Shown: positions 52,971 through 64,000 of the stretch, piece after piece | Numbering within the stretch: the stretch's first letter is position 1 | How the letters are laid out: every line of letters begins with the position of its first letter | From: Octopus vulgaris | Taxonomy: Eukaryota | Direction: 5' to 3' | DNA: 64,000 nucleotides | NCBI GenBank assembly: GCA_951406725.2 | Contig: OX597818.1 | Location: 50,902,001 to 50,966,000 of the forward strand | Notes under the pieces: generated by a model | What the model was told of the DNA's origin: nothing | Databases searched by the model: none | Seen by the model: the letters and a program-made list of their open reading frames with translations, nothing else | Made by a program: the position numbers and the translations under genes

Positions 52971-52973
<3 letters not shown>

Positions 52974-53499
52974 CAATATTAGGGTAGCAAAAAATTCAGT
53001 AGAAATTATTTTGCCACCAGCGGTCTAGCGAGAAAAATGAAATAGTCAGAGTCTATTAATAAATTCGACAACAAATTGAGGAACGGCCATAATAGGCCGT
53101 TCGACCCACTAGAAGAAGCAGCCAGGGCTTCAACCACAAATAGTAGAAATTCCGTAAACAGAGGAAAATTAAAAAACATTTACTCTGTTCATCTTTAGAC
53201 AATGCATTGTTTCAGCGTTTTTTAACGGTAAACCAGCCTGATTAAATTAAATCAAGTCAATCTTCCAAAGGCCAACGCAGTTCATCAGTAAAGGAGCCAG
53301 GAGGGAGAGAAATTACACGAGGCAGCTACCTTAATGCCTCGGCAATATCTGACCTAAAATTTTCAAAATCATCGTACTCGCGCCAATTTATCGGCAGCAA
53401 ATATAAGCTGCCGATTCCATTTCGGAATTAATCAGAAAATTATCAATTAATCAATATTAGGGTAGCAAAAAATTCAGTAGAAATTATTTTGCCACCAGC
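52971..53499 (-). mobile_element. 478-bp terminally redundant non-coding element with a hammerhead (Penelope-like pLTR / retrozyme-like)
   Basis: 51-bp direct repeat at 52971-53021 and 53449-53499. (TA)n on both sides. Internal hammerhead motif. Confidence 0.75.
53193..53293 (-). ncRNA. Type I hammerhead motif with expanded stem II
   Basis: CTTTA-CTGATGA-ACT-GCGTT-[~55 nt]-AACGC-T-GAAA-CAATGCATTG-TC-TAAAG: canonical core, GUC triplet, palindromic stem III. Confidence 0.72.
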
Positions 53500-53524
53500 A
53501 ATGTATATATATATGTATACATGA

Positions 53525-53562
<38 letters not shown>

Positions 53563-53569
53563 TCAAGTC

Positions 53570-53634
<65 letters not shown>

Positions 53635-53797
53635 GTATACACACACATTTCGGTGCTTATAAAAAGTAAATAAATGTTAGCTTGTTTATATTTGTGTGAT
53701 GTGTGTGTGTGTATGTGTGTGCACATGTACATACATACATATATAAACACTTCTATAGAAGTATATGTACAAGCAGATACGTATAAACACTCACATG

Positions 53798-53840
<43 letters not shown>

Positions 53841-54618
53841 TAGTGTTGTCAGATGGCTTCTGTTCGAAGGTATCAACGAGCTATCAGTTTTCATTAACGG
53901 CTCATTTATATATCCACCTATTGTAAAACCACGCTTTTATTCATTAATTGCTTTATGGAAAGATAAATATATTCAATCAATTTTCACGCAAAACATTGGA
54001 TAACCGTGAGAATACAATTATCTCATTTCCGGAGTCAATGATCTGTAAATATTTATCAGTCACTTAACTATCAGCTTTCAAGGATCAAACTCCATTGTAC
54101 ACAGACCACGGAGAAAGTACGAAAAAGTGGAGTCAGACAGTTTCAATAAGTTTATTGTGTAACATGAATTATTATCCATGATCTCTTCTTAATGACTTTC
54201 ACTTCAAGGGTTATTTTGACAGCGCTTTATGCAATCAGTCAGGTGGTTTGAAGCATCTGAAATTTTGCGCCAATAGCGTAAGGTTACATTATGAATACAT
54301 CCTGCTGTTTTATTCTCCTTCCTGTTTGTTTTGTTTTTGTTTTTTTTTTCCTTGTCTTTCCAGACATAAAAATTGTAACGAAAAAGAAAGGCCACGAAAA
54401 TTTTCCGTATCTATTTAATCTATTAAGGTAGATGAGATGACTGCAATTCGCTGTTAGGTTTTTTTCCTGCATGTATTGTCCATGTATCAACTTAAATAAA
54501 GACTGAAGTTGAATTGAAAATTCCATTCAACTGGCGAATGGATTTGCGAAAAGTGGATTAGAGTGGCGACTTTGACAACGGTGAACAATTCGGCCTTACG
54601 TTTAATCAGTTTAATCTT

Positions 54619-54680
<62 letters not shown>

Positions 54681-54889
54681 ACACACACACACACTCTCAT
54701 ATATATATACTCCAAGAAAGTTAGGGTTTGTGAATCCAACCAACTAAGGGATAATGTCTATCCAATATACTGCTGGTAGAATACCCAATTATTAATACAC
54801 AAGTGTGTTTTTTTATTGCATGGCAATTACATTACCGAGTGTAATAAATAGGTAAGGGTAATGATTTATTTTACCATTAATTTATAGAA

Positions 54890-55268
54890 CAATAAGAAAA
54901 TGGAGGGGATCAACAGGTGGTATTCATCAACTTTTAGACATTTTATTATGTCAATTTAGTTATTTATTCACTAAAATGACAATTACAACAATATACATAC
55001 ATGCATAACATATTATGCCTTACATATATAATATATAACGATACCAGTAATTAGAATATGTAACATACAGGAATAGAAATTGGGATTCCTGTATGTTTTA
55101 TATTTTGATAATTACTCATATCCTTATATATTATATATGTAAAGCATAATATGTTATTCATGTATGTATATTATTATAATTGTCCTTTTAGTAAATAAAT
55201 AAATAAATTGACATAATATGTCTAAAAGTTGATGAATGCCACCTATTGATACCCTCCATTTTCTTATT

Positions 55269-55269
<1 letters not shown>
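54890..55269. repeat. Imperfect long inverted repeat (~185-bp arms)
   Basis: CAATAAGAAAATGGAGGG...CATACAGGAAT pairs with ATTCCTGTATG...CCCTCCATTTTCTTATTG. Confidence 0.85.
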
Positions 55270-55357
<88 letters not shown>

Positions 55358-55358
<1 letters not shown>

Positions 55359-55545
55359 TCAAAAGTACAAAGAAAAGACAAAGACAAGTGAGGGAACAAC
55401 CAGCAGGTGTATTAGTTTGACGCTCGGGACGAATGGAAATGTATTTGACGTTTCGTGCTTATGCTCTTCAACAGAAAGGGATGAGAGGGAAAAGGGAGGC
55501 AGAGAAACAAATAACGGCGAGAGAGAGAGAGGTGTGTGGGGAATA
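55358..55545 (-). mobile_element. H1-related Penelope-like fragment with degenerate hammerhead
   Basis: Minus strand 55477-55444: TTT-CTGTTGA-A-GAGC-ATAA-GCAC-GAAA-CG-TC-AAA. Lies between (TA)n and (TAGA)n. Confidence 0.55.
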
Positions 55546-55560
55546 GATAGATAGATAGAC

Positions 55561-55630
<70 letters not shown>

Positions 55631-55712
55631 GCAGACAGATAGGCAGACTGACTGATAGATAGATACATACACACACACATATATTGTAGGATAGTAGTTA
55701 GATGCATACTTA

Positions 55713-55770
<58 letters not shown>

Positions 55771-56691
55771 TATTATCCACATGCTAACAAATTTTCTATT
55801 AGCTTATATTGTTTTCTTATACTCTTCGGAGTTGGACTGGTTGCGCTCGCAGTAATCAAAGAAATATATAATTCTTCTGTTGATGTCATTGATGTTTTTA
55901 CAAATCATGATTTATTTTAGCATTAAAGAGAATATACAAGATTTAAAGAAAATACATCTGGTTTTTCTTTAATTGCATTCTATACTTTCTCTATTTTCTT
56001 CCTCACGGCCAACAACGAACAAGTACAATATTCTCCAACTGCAATGTTTTATCGCTTCGGGAAATAAATTCATTCATTGACTAAATTTGTAGAGACTAGT
56101 ATCAACTTTCCAATAAAAATACGTAGAATCGTATAATAAAGATAATTTGAATTTTCTTTGACGGTTCGTTGCTTGGTTGTTTGGTAGCATAAAGAAATAA
56201 GAGAAATCCGTATTGATGTTTTTTCTCGCCGGTTTTCGCTTTCTTAGCGCATAGTTATTTGGATCTAGCCTTTGCGATAAAATTTTCGTATAAATTCACT
56301 ATCAATTACAGAATGTTATTATAAGGCAGAAGATTTCGGAATACATTGGAGACATTTAAATCGCATAAGTAATTTGTAGTTACTCCGTATCAGCTGAAGT
56401 GCGAAGTAATCCTCATTTTAAGTTTCGGCTTTTGCTGAACGACTATCACAAATAATTTGTTTATAGTAATTACATATAGTAATTACATGTTCACTCTCTC
56501 AATCAAATGAACTCTGTCTGAACAGGTGCATTGTGTACCACGCGTCAGGTGTCGAAGAACAACATGGGATGAAGTGTTTTGCTCAAGAACAAAACGCATC
56601 ACTCGGTATAAGAATTGAAATCACGATGTAGAGATCGCGAGGGCAACACCCCTAACCACTAAGCCAAGTACCTTCATATATACATATATAC

Positions 56692-56733
<42 letters not shown>

Positions 56734-56862
56734 ATATATTTAGAGAGACTTAGTAATTTTAATATTTCTATTATTGAAAACAAGTGGATGTATTCCACCG
56801 ATACTAGGTAAATAAAACCATCGAACAGAGATTGTCGGAAGCGACACCTACTGGCTGGCTAC

Positions 56863-56903
56863 GCTGCATTGAAAAGGGCAATACCCCGAAACGCGTCTGT
56901 AGC
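56863..56903 (+). ncRNA. Type I hammerhead ribozyme motif, U3-A8 variant (unit 1)
   Basis: GCTGCA-TTGAAAA-GGG-CAATAC-CCC-GAAA-CGCG-TC-TGTAGC. Confidence 0.72.
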
Positions 56904-57197
56904 TGCCGGTCAAGTAGTGTGGAGCGACTGATACAGTTTGTGTATCAAATAGCTAACTTAAGGCGATGGCCTCATGGAGCTAATAAGCGGACAGCTTTAT
57001 TCTTATTTTTATAAGAATGCCATATTAGTATGGCGATAACTATTATTTTCCGGGAACGCTGCCGCTGTTCTCTTTTAGAGAGACTTAGTAATTTTAATAT
57101 TTCTATTATTGAAAACAAGTGGATGTATTCCACCGATACTAGGTAAATAAAACCATCGAACAGAGATTGTCGGAAGCGACACCTACTGGCTGGCTAC

Positions 57198-57239
57198 GCT
57201 GCATTGAAAAGGGGTAATACCCCGAAACGCGTCTGTAGC
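57198..57239 (+). ncRNA. Type I hammerhead ribozyme motif, U3-A8 variant (unit 2)
   Basis: GCTGCA-TTGAAAA-GGGG-TAATA-CCCC-GAAA-CGCG-TC-TGTAGC. Confidence 0.75.
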
Positions 57240-57477
57240 TGCCGGTCAAGTAGTGTGGAGCGACTGACCTCCCTTGTTCGAAGGTTATATGGATACAGTT
57301 TGTGTATCAAATAGCTAACTTAAGGCGATGGCCTCATGGAGCTAATAAGCGGACAGCTTTATTCTTATTTTTATAAGAATGCCATATTAGTATAGCGATA
57401 ACTATTATTTTCCGGGAACGCTGCCGCTGTTCTCTTTTAGAGAGACTTAGTAATTTTAATATTTCTATTATATATAT

Positions 57478-57880
57478 ACTCTTTACTCTCTTACTTGTTT
57501 CAGTCATTTGACTGTGGCCATGCTGGAGCACCGCCTTCAGTCGAGCAACTCGACCCCGGGACTTATTCTTTGTAAGCCCAGTACTTAATTCTATCGGTCT
57601 CTTTTGCCGAACCGCTAAGTGACGGGGACGTAAACACACCAGCATCGGTTGTCAAGCAATGCTAGGGGGACCAACACAGACACACAAATATACACGCATA
57701 TACATATATATATACATATATACGACGGGCTTCTTTCAGTTTCCGTCTACCAAATCCACTCAGAAGGCTTTGGTCGGCCCGGGGCTATAGAAGAAGACAC
57801 TTGGCCAAGGTGCCACGCAGAGGGACTGGACCCAGAACCATGTGGTTGGTAAGCAAGCTACTTACCACACAGCCACTCCC
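57478..57880 (-). mobile_element. SINE family A
   Basis: Identity to family A. Confidence 0.88.
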
Positions 57881-58292
57881 ATATATATATATATGCGCGC
57901 ACACACACACACATACAGGTAATGTACATGTACATCTATATATACGTGTGTGCGTATTTTGGATGGCTAGATGCTGTTGACAAATTCCATACAGCTACTA
58001 GAATTGTTGCTAATCAGATTACTACGTGTTGGCATCAGTATATTTATCGTTCCTAATGCTGTTATCTCTATGTTACCATTTCAATAAATACGGAGTTGTT
58101 TTCTCCAGTACACTGACAGAAAAGAACCGAAGAAAGAACCAAAGAAAATTTATTTGGCATGTTCGACATCTTACTCAGCGGCATTTTCTACATTCTTAAT
58201 CAATTCCTTAACTTCAACAAGATACACACCAACATCAAAGACCCAGAATGACCGAGGAATGCATTTATGTGTGTGGTTATTCGACTTGTAGT

Positions 58293-58676
58293 AGGAGGCG
58301 CAATGGCCCAGTGGTTAGGGCAGCGGACTCACGGTCGTAGGATCGCGGTTTCGATTCCCAAACCGGGCGTTGTGAGTGTTTATTGAGCGAAAACACCTAA
58401 AAGCTCCACGAGGCTTGGGCAGGGGATGGTGGTGATCCCTGCTGTACTCTTTCAGTACAACTTTCTCTCACCCTTACATCCTGTTTCTTTTGTACCTGTA
58501 TTTCAAAGGGCCGACCTTGTCACTCTCTGTGTCATGCTGAATATCCCCGAGAACTACGTTAAGGGTACACGTGTCTGTGGAGTGCTCAGCCACTTACACG
58601 TTAATTTCACGAGCAGGCTGTTCCGTTGGTCGGATCAACCGGAACCCTCATCGTCGTAACCGACGGAGTGCTTCCA
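58293..58676 (+). mobile_element. SINE family B with TSD TATTCGACTTG
   Basis: Identity to family B; flanking direct repeat. Confidence 0.9.
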
Positions 58677-58842
58677 TATTCGACTTGCAAGTAATAGCGC
58701 CTAAATTCCCTCAGATCACACCCTGCTATCTTACAACAGAAATAACACATTGGACTGTGCTATCCTGGATATGGGAAAGAATAGATGGAATGTTCTACAT
58801 AGAGCTCATGAATGAGGACTTCCCGGACGAACAACAGCAGCA

Positions 58843-59300
58843 GTGGAGGCGCAATGGCCAAGTGGTGAGGGCAGCGGACTCGCGGTCGTGAGAACGCGGT
58901 TTCGATTCCCAGACCGGGCATTGTGAGTGTTTATTGAGCAAAAACACCTAAGCTCCACGAGACTCCGGCGGAGTGGGTGGTGAACCCTGCTGTACTCTTT
59001 CACCACAACTTTCTCTCACTCTTTCTTCCTACTTCTGCCACAAAGCAGAGGAACCATGGTGTAACCCACTATTGTGTGGTAAACTTTCAGACCCTAGTCT
59101 AGATTGCGAATCCTCTGTACCCCAGGATGGTTCAGCTCTCCACCCGTTAAAAGCCACCGTTTACGGAATGAGGATAGCAACGTAGCTTTCGCGCCCGCGC
59201 AACCGCCAGTCTATCGCGTGTGGTGGGTGGATCTTCAAGTTGCCACACGTATTCTTAGTGGCTTAGAGTAGGCTCGAATTAGAAGAAGAAGAAGAAGAAG
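58843..59300 (+). mobile_element. SINE with family B 5' half and a distinct 3' body ending in (AGA)n
   Basis: 58843-59030 matches family B. The remainder is unique in the window and ends in a simple-repeat tail. Confidence 0.65.
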
Positions 59301-59435
59301 ACAATTCCGCCGAGGTCGACATTGCCTTTCATCCTTTCTGGGTCGATAAATTAAGTAACAGTTGCATACTGGGATCAATTTAATCGATGCCCCCTTCCCA
59401 GGATTATGCTCAAGCTGGTTCCGTCATTCACACGT

Positions 59436-59505
<70 letters not shown>

Positions 59506-60357
59506 CACACACACAGACAGTATAGTTTTTTCAAACAGAACACTACGTTTAAGTGAGGATATATATTACCTCTCGGTAGATAAATAGTTAAAATAAAGTA
59601 CTTGTGTTACCTAAGGGAATGTATGATTAGAAAATTTATTTACAATTCTCTGCTCAATTTACCAGACCGCTATTGAAAATGGTTGGAGTAAGAAATTTAC
59701 GGTTAATATTTCAGCTGCAATGGACACTTGAGTCGAGCTTAGAGCCAACATTGTAACCGTTTAGCCGTAACTAATCTACTTAGCGTGAAATGTAAATTAT
59801 GGATCACGTGAACTGACTTAAATTTCTCATTGATATTGTCGAAGGATTTAAACATGCCGTAGAACTATGGACTGAGGAGGAATAAAATAAGGATTAAGGA
59901 CAACGACAAGTAGAGGGTTTAAGAAGTGTAAACGATAAAAATGTAATGGATGGGAAAGGGGGGGGGGGTGGAATTTAGTTGAACTAGCAGGTGAAAATGA
60001 TGTCGGACAAATATTCATGTGAAGTATTTGTTCGATTTCAATGGCGAACAGTGTCATGTCTCCCGTGACAAATCATACATTAAACTTCTTTGTAATCCTG
60101 AAGTCTATTGCCGGTGCTGGGTGGAGTGAAGGATGTGGGTTCTTGAGATGGGATGCTGGATTTCGTTGCTGTATAAAATACTAAGGAAATCTCTCCCTCA
60201 CTCCTTATCTCTCTTTCCCAGTCCCATCCCGCGTCTCACTTCTCGTCTTTTCCTTTATCTGGTATCTCGATGAGATAGAAATAACAGTCAAATCTCCCTT
60301 AATTAACCACTTACTACTTTAACAACATATTGGATAACACAGTGCTAAGTATGCAAT

Positions 60358-60663
60358 GTGAAGGCTCATGGCCTAGCGGTTAGAGCAGTGAACTTGCAGT
60401 CAAGGGATTGCAGGTTCGAATCTCACACCGGGTGATGTGTGTGTTTATGAGCGATGCGCCTAAGCTCCATGCGGCTCCGGCAGAAGGTAACGGCGAACTT
60501 CTGCTGACTCTTTCGCCACAACTTTCTTTCACTCTTTCCTCCTGCATCTAGCAGCTCACCTGCGACGGACTGGCGTCCCGTCCAGGTGGGGAAACCTATG
60601 CGCCAATGAAACCGGGAAACCGGCCCTAATGAGCCAAGCATGGCTCGAGAAGGAACAAACAAC
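60358..60663 (+). mobile_element. SINE family D
   Basis: A box TGGCCTAGCGG, B box GGTTCGAATCT. Similar to 16394-16704. Confidence 0.82.
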
Positions 60664-60819
60664 AAGTATGCAATACTTGGACGAAGAGTGGTATGAATAT
60701 GGATGGTTGCTTTTATTTGTTTATTTAATGAAAGGTCTGCTCCAACAGAATCAGCTCGGAATTAACAATAGCAACAATATACCTGATTCCGGAACTCTTA
60801 TACTAACTTTAATTATTCG

Positions 60820-61199
60820 TGGCACTCCGTCGGTTGCGACGACGAGAGTTCAAGTTGATCAAATCAACGGAACAGCCTGCTCGTGAAATTAACAGGCAAG
60901 TGGCTGAGCACTCCACAGACACGTGTACCCTTAACGTAGTTCCCAGAGAGATTCAGCGTGACATAGAGTGTGACAAGGCCGGCCCTTTGAAATACAGGTA
61001 CAACAGAAACAGGAAAAAAGTGTGAGAGAAAGCTGTGGTGAAAGAATACAGCAGGGTTTGCCACCACCCCCTGCCGGAGCCACGTGGAGCTTTAGGTGTT
61101 TTCGCTCAATAAACACACTCAACGCCCTGTCTGGGAATCGAAACCGCTATCCTACGATCGCGAGTTCGCTGCCCTAACCACTGGGCCATTGCGCCTCCG
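60820..61199 (-). mobile_element. SINE family B
   Basis: Identity to family B. Confidence 0.88.
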
Positions 61200-61282
61200 C
61201 ACTAACTATTACAACACTGAGGCCACAGGATTAAAATCTACTATTTCTCTCAATCGCTTTATCTCATTCTTTCTTTTTCTCC

Positions 61283-61331
<49 letters not shown>

Positions 61332-61653
61332 CCCTCCCTTTCTATCTCGCTCTTAATATGTCTTCTATGTAGCTAAGAGACACACACACAAGAGAAAGCG
61401 GGGGGGGAAAGCAATAAATCTCTGTGCGAAAGCTTTCTGAGTGTTTCAGCTTCAGAGAGATATATTACATTTTTGCCTTTTTCTTTGTTATTTCAGTTGC
61501 GCGCGCACACAACACACATATATCTTTCTATATACTTAAGTGGGTGTCTGAGATGGTGCGTGAGGAAAGTGTAGATGAAAGGAGTGAGAGCGGGAATTAG
61601 TGTAAAGTAAAAGGGAAGACAAGACGAATGTAGAAGGTATAATAGGCGAGTTG

Positions 61654-62490
61654 TAAGGTGGCGAGTCAGCAGAAACGTTAGCACACCGGGCGAAATGCTT
61701 AGCGGTCGACTTTGCCTCTCATCCTTTCGGGGTCGATAAATTAAGTACCAGTTACGCACTGGGGTCGATGTAATCGACTTAATACCTATGTCTGTCCTTG
61801 TTTGTCCCCTCTGTGTTTAGCCCCTTGTGGGTAATAAAGAAATAGGTATTTCGGCTGCCGTTTCGTTGTGAGTTCAAATTCCGCCGAGGTCGACTTTGCC
61901 TTTCATCCTTTCGGGGTCGATAAATTAAGTACCAGTTACGCACTGGGGTCGATGTAATCGACTTAATACCTATGTCTGTCCTTGTTTGTCCCCTCTGTGT
62001 TTAGCCCCTTGTGGGTAATAATGAAATAGGTATTTCGGCTGCCGTTTCGTTGTGAGTTCAAATTCCGCCGAGGTCGACTTTGCCTTTCATCCTTTCGGGG
62101 TCGATAAATTAAGTACCAGTTACGCACTGGGGTCGATATAATCGACGTAATACCTATGTCTGTCCATGTTTGTCTCCTCTATGTTTAGCCCCTTGTGGGT
62201 AATAAAGAAATAGGTACTTCGTCAGCCGTTACGTTCTGAGTTCAAATTCCGCCGAGGTCGACTTTGCCTTTCATCCTTTCGAGGTCGATAAATTAAGTAC
62301 CAGTTACGCACTGGGGTCGATGTAATCGACTTAATCCCTTTGTCTGTCCTTGTTCGTCCCTATTGTGTTTAGCCCCTTGTGGGTGGTAAAGACATAGGTA
62401 TTTCGTCTGCTGCTACGTTCTGAGTTCAAATTCCGCCGAGGTCGACTTTGCCTTTCATTCTTTCGGGGTCGATAAATTAAGTACTAGTTA
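61654..62490 (+). mobile_element. SINE family E tandem array (~4.5 units, 184-bp period)
   Basis: Unit junctions at 61846, 62030, 62214 and 62398. Confidence 0.92.
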
Positions 62491-62619
62491 CACATTTTTC
62501 TAGAACCTCCCCAACCCCCGGGTGAGCAGTGTCCTCCCCAAATGGAGCTGTTCAGACACCCAATCATCAACCGAATCTCATCGCTTTCTTGGGTGACAAG
62601 GAGACGACTATATATCTTC

Positions 62620-62918
62620 TTGGCACTCCGTCGGTTACGACAACGTGGGTTCCAGTTGATCCGATCAACAGAACAGCCTGCTCGTGAAATTAACGTTCAA
62701 GTGCCTGAGCACTGTACAGACACGTGAACCCTTAATGTAGTTCTGGGGGAGACTCAGTGTGACAGAGAATGTGAAATACAGGTACACTTTTGCCAGCTGA
62801 GTGAACTGGTGCAACGTGAAATAAAAGTGTCTGGCTCAAGGACACAGCGCGTCAACGGGAATTGATTTCACGACCTTACGATCGTGAACCAAATACCCTA
62901 ACCACTAAGCCACGCACC

Positions 62919-62922
<4 letters not shown>
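62620..62922 (-). mobile_element. SINE family C
   Basis: Similarity to 20001-20322. Confidence 0.75.
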
Positions 62923-62965
<43 letters not shown>

Positions 62966-63046
62966 CTAATGTAGGATAAAATTTTTCGAAAAAAATGTTA
63001 TCAATGGCCAGCATATTAAAACATACCTTTAAAGGTTAGATTTATA

Positions 63047-63121
<75 letters not shown>

Positions 63122-64000
63122 TTATAATATATTCTATTTTTCCTCTTATTTGTTTGTCATTTGACTGCGGCCATGTTGGAGCACCGCCTTTAGTCGAAGA
63201 AATCGACCCGAAGACTTATTCTAGGGTCGGTATATATGTGCGTGTGTGTGTATGTGTGTGTGGATATAGATAGATGAATGGATGGATGGATATGTATGTA
63301 TATTTGTATCTGTGTGTATTTATATCTGTATATGTATAAATGCAGGCGTAGATGAGTGTTATTATGTGTGTATTAATTCCGTTATGTGCGTACGTGTGTT
63401 CGTATGCATGTGTGATTGTATGGGTTACTGTATGACTTCATGCTTTACATGTACGGATATGTCTCAAAGAAATTAATTCAAAAGCTATACAAAGACTACA
63501 TTATTCCAAAGTGGAAAAGCAATTCCAACCGTTTCCTTATTATTCAAAGAACAGTTGTACAATATTGTCATACACGTACAATTTAATTTTATTTTTATAA
63601 AAAAAGAAATTCTAAACTATATTACTTTAACATAATACATGAAATCTTATGGGGGGTTTTTTTCCGAAAATATTTCCTGTTCAATGTATTACATACAATA
63701 TTTGAAATTCTAAAACATATTAAATATTTTTTGGTTAATACACATGGTGTTAGCTGCTGTTTTTAGTTAAATAAATGTTTAAAGTAAATTTATTAAATTA
63801 TGGGCTGCTGTAAACGGATTCCAAAAACAATCCATTTTCTGGTTCTTTTTCGCAAATCTAATAATTGCGAGAAACCCATCATTTTCTTTCCGAAGTTTGT
63901 GTAAAACATTGAATGTAGACAGTCAGCAACAAATTAAACCTACCACTACAACAACAACAACAAATACCACCACCACCACCTCCACTACCAGCACCATCAC

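Larger units (their letters stand above)
56741..57470 (+). mobile_element. Tandem repeat (335 + 362 bp + 33-bp partial) with one hammerhead per unit; retrozyme / Penelope pLTR-like
   Basis: Units start at 56741, 57076 and 57438. Unit 2 has an extra 27 bp. Flanked by (TA)n. Confidence 0.85.

Noticed and set aside
59848-60060. Possible decayed Penelope GIY-YIG C-terminus
   Set aside because: Similarity too weak to support by eye; needs a translated HMM search.
61654-62490. CRISPR-like or tRNA gene array
   Set aside because: Tandem SINE units without spacers or a complete cloverleaf.

Overview
AT-rich, microsatellite-dense eukaryotic genomic DNA, most likely from an octopod cephalopod (inferred from the SINE and microsatellite landscape, not proven). 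The only recognisable host coding sequence is one 654-bp internal exon (12765-13418, +) of a Na+/Ca2+ exchanger (NCX/SLC8-like) gene. The rest is intronic or intergenic. It contains at least three abundant tRNA-derived SINE families, some in tandem arrays and some with clear target-site duplications. It also contains two copies of an internally deleted mariner, two non-autonomous Helitrons, and 3' fragments of RTE, CR1-group and R4/Dong LINEs. The most unusual signal is a set of short non-coding elements from several unrelated families, mostly embedded in (TA)n microsatellites. Many carry minimal type I hammerhead-ribozyme motifs with palindromic stem III and/or form long inverted repeats. This is the architecture of Penelope-like-element termini and non-LTR retrozymes. 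The best examples are a 335/362-bp tandem repeat with two U3-A8 variant hammerheads (56741-57470) and a 478-bp terminally redundant element whose hammerhead has a ~70-nt stem II insert (52971-53499). All RNA folds were read by eye and none is shown to be active. Nearly all ORFs in the supplied track are microsatellite or SINE artefacts.
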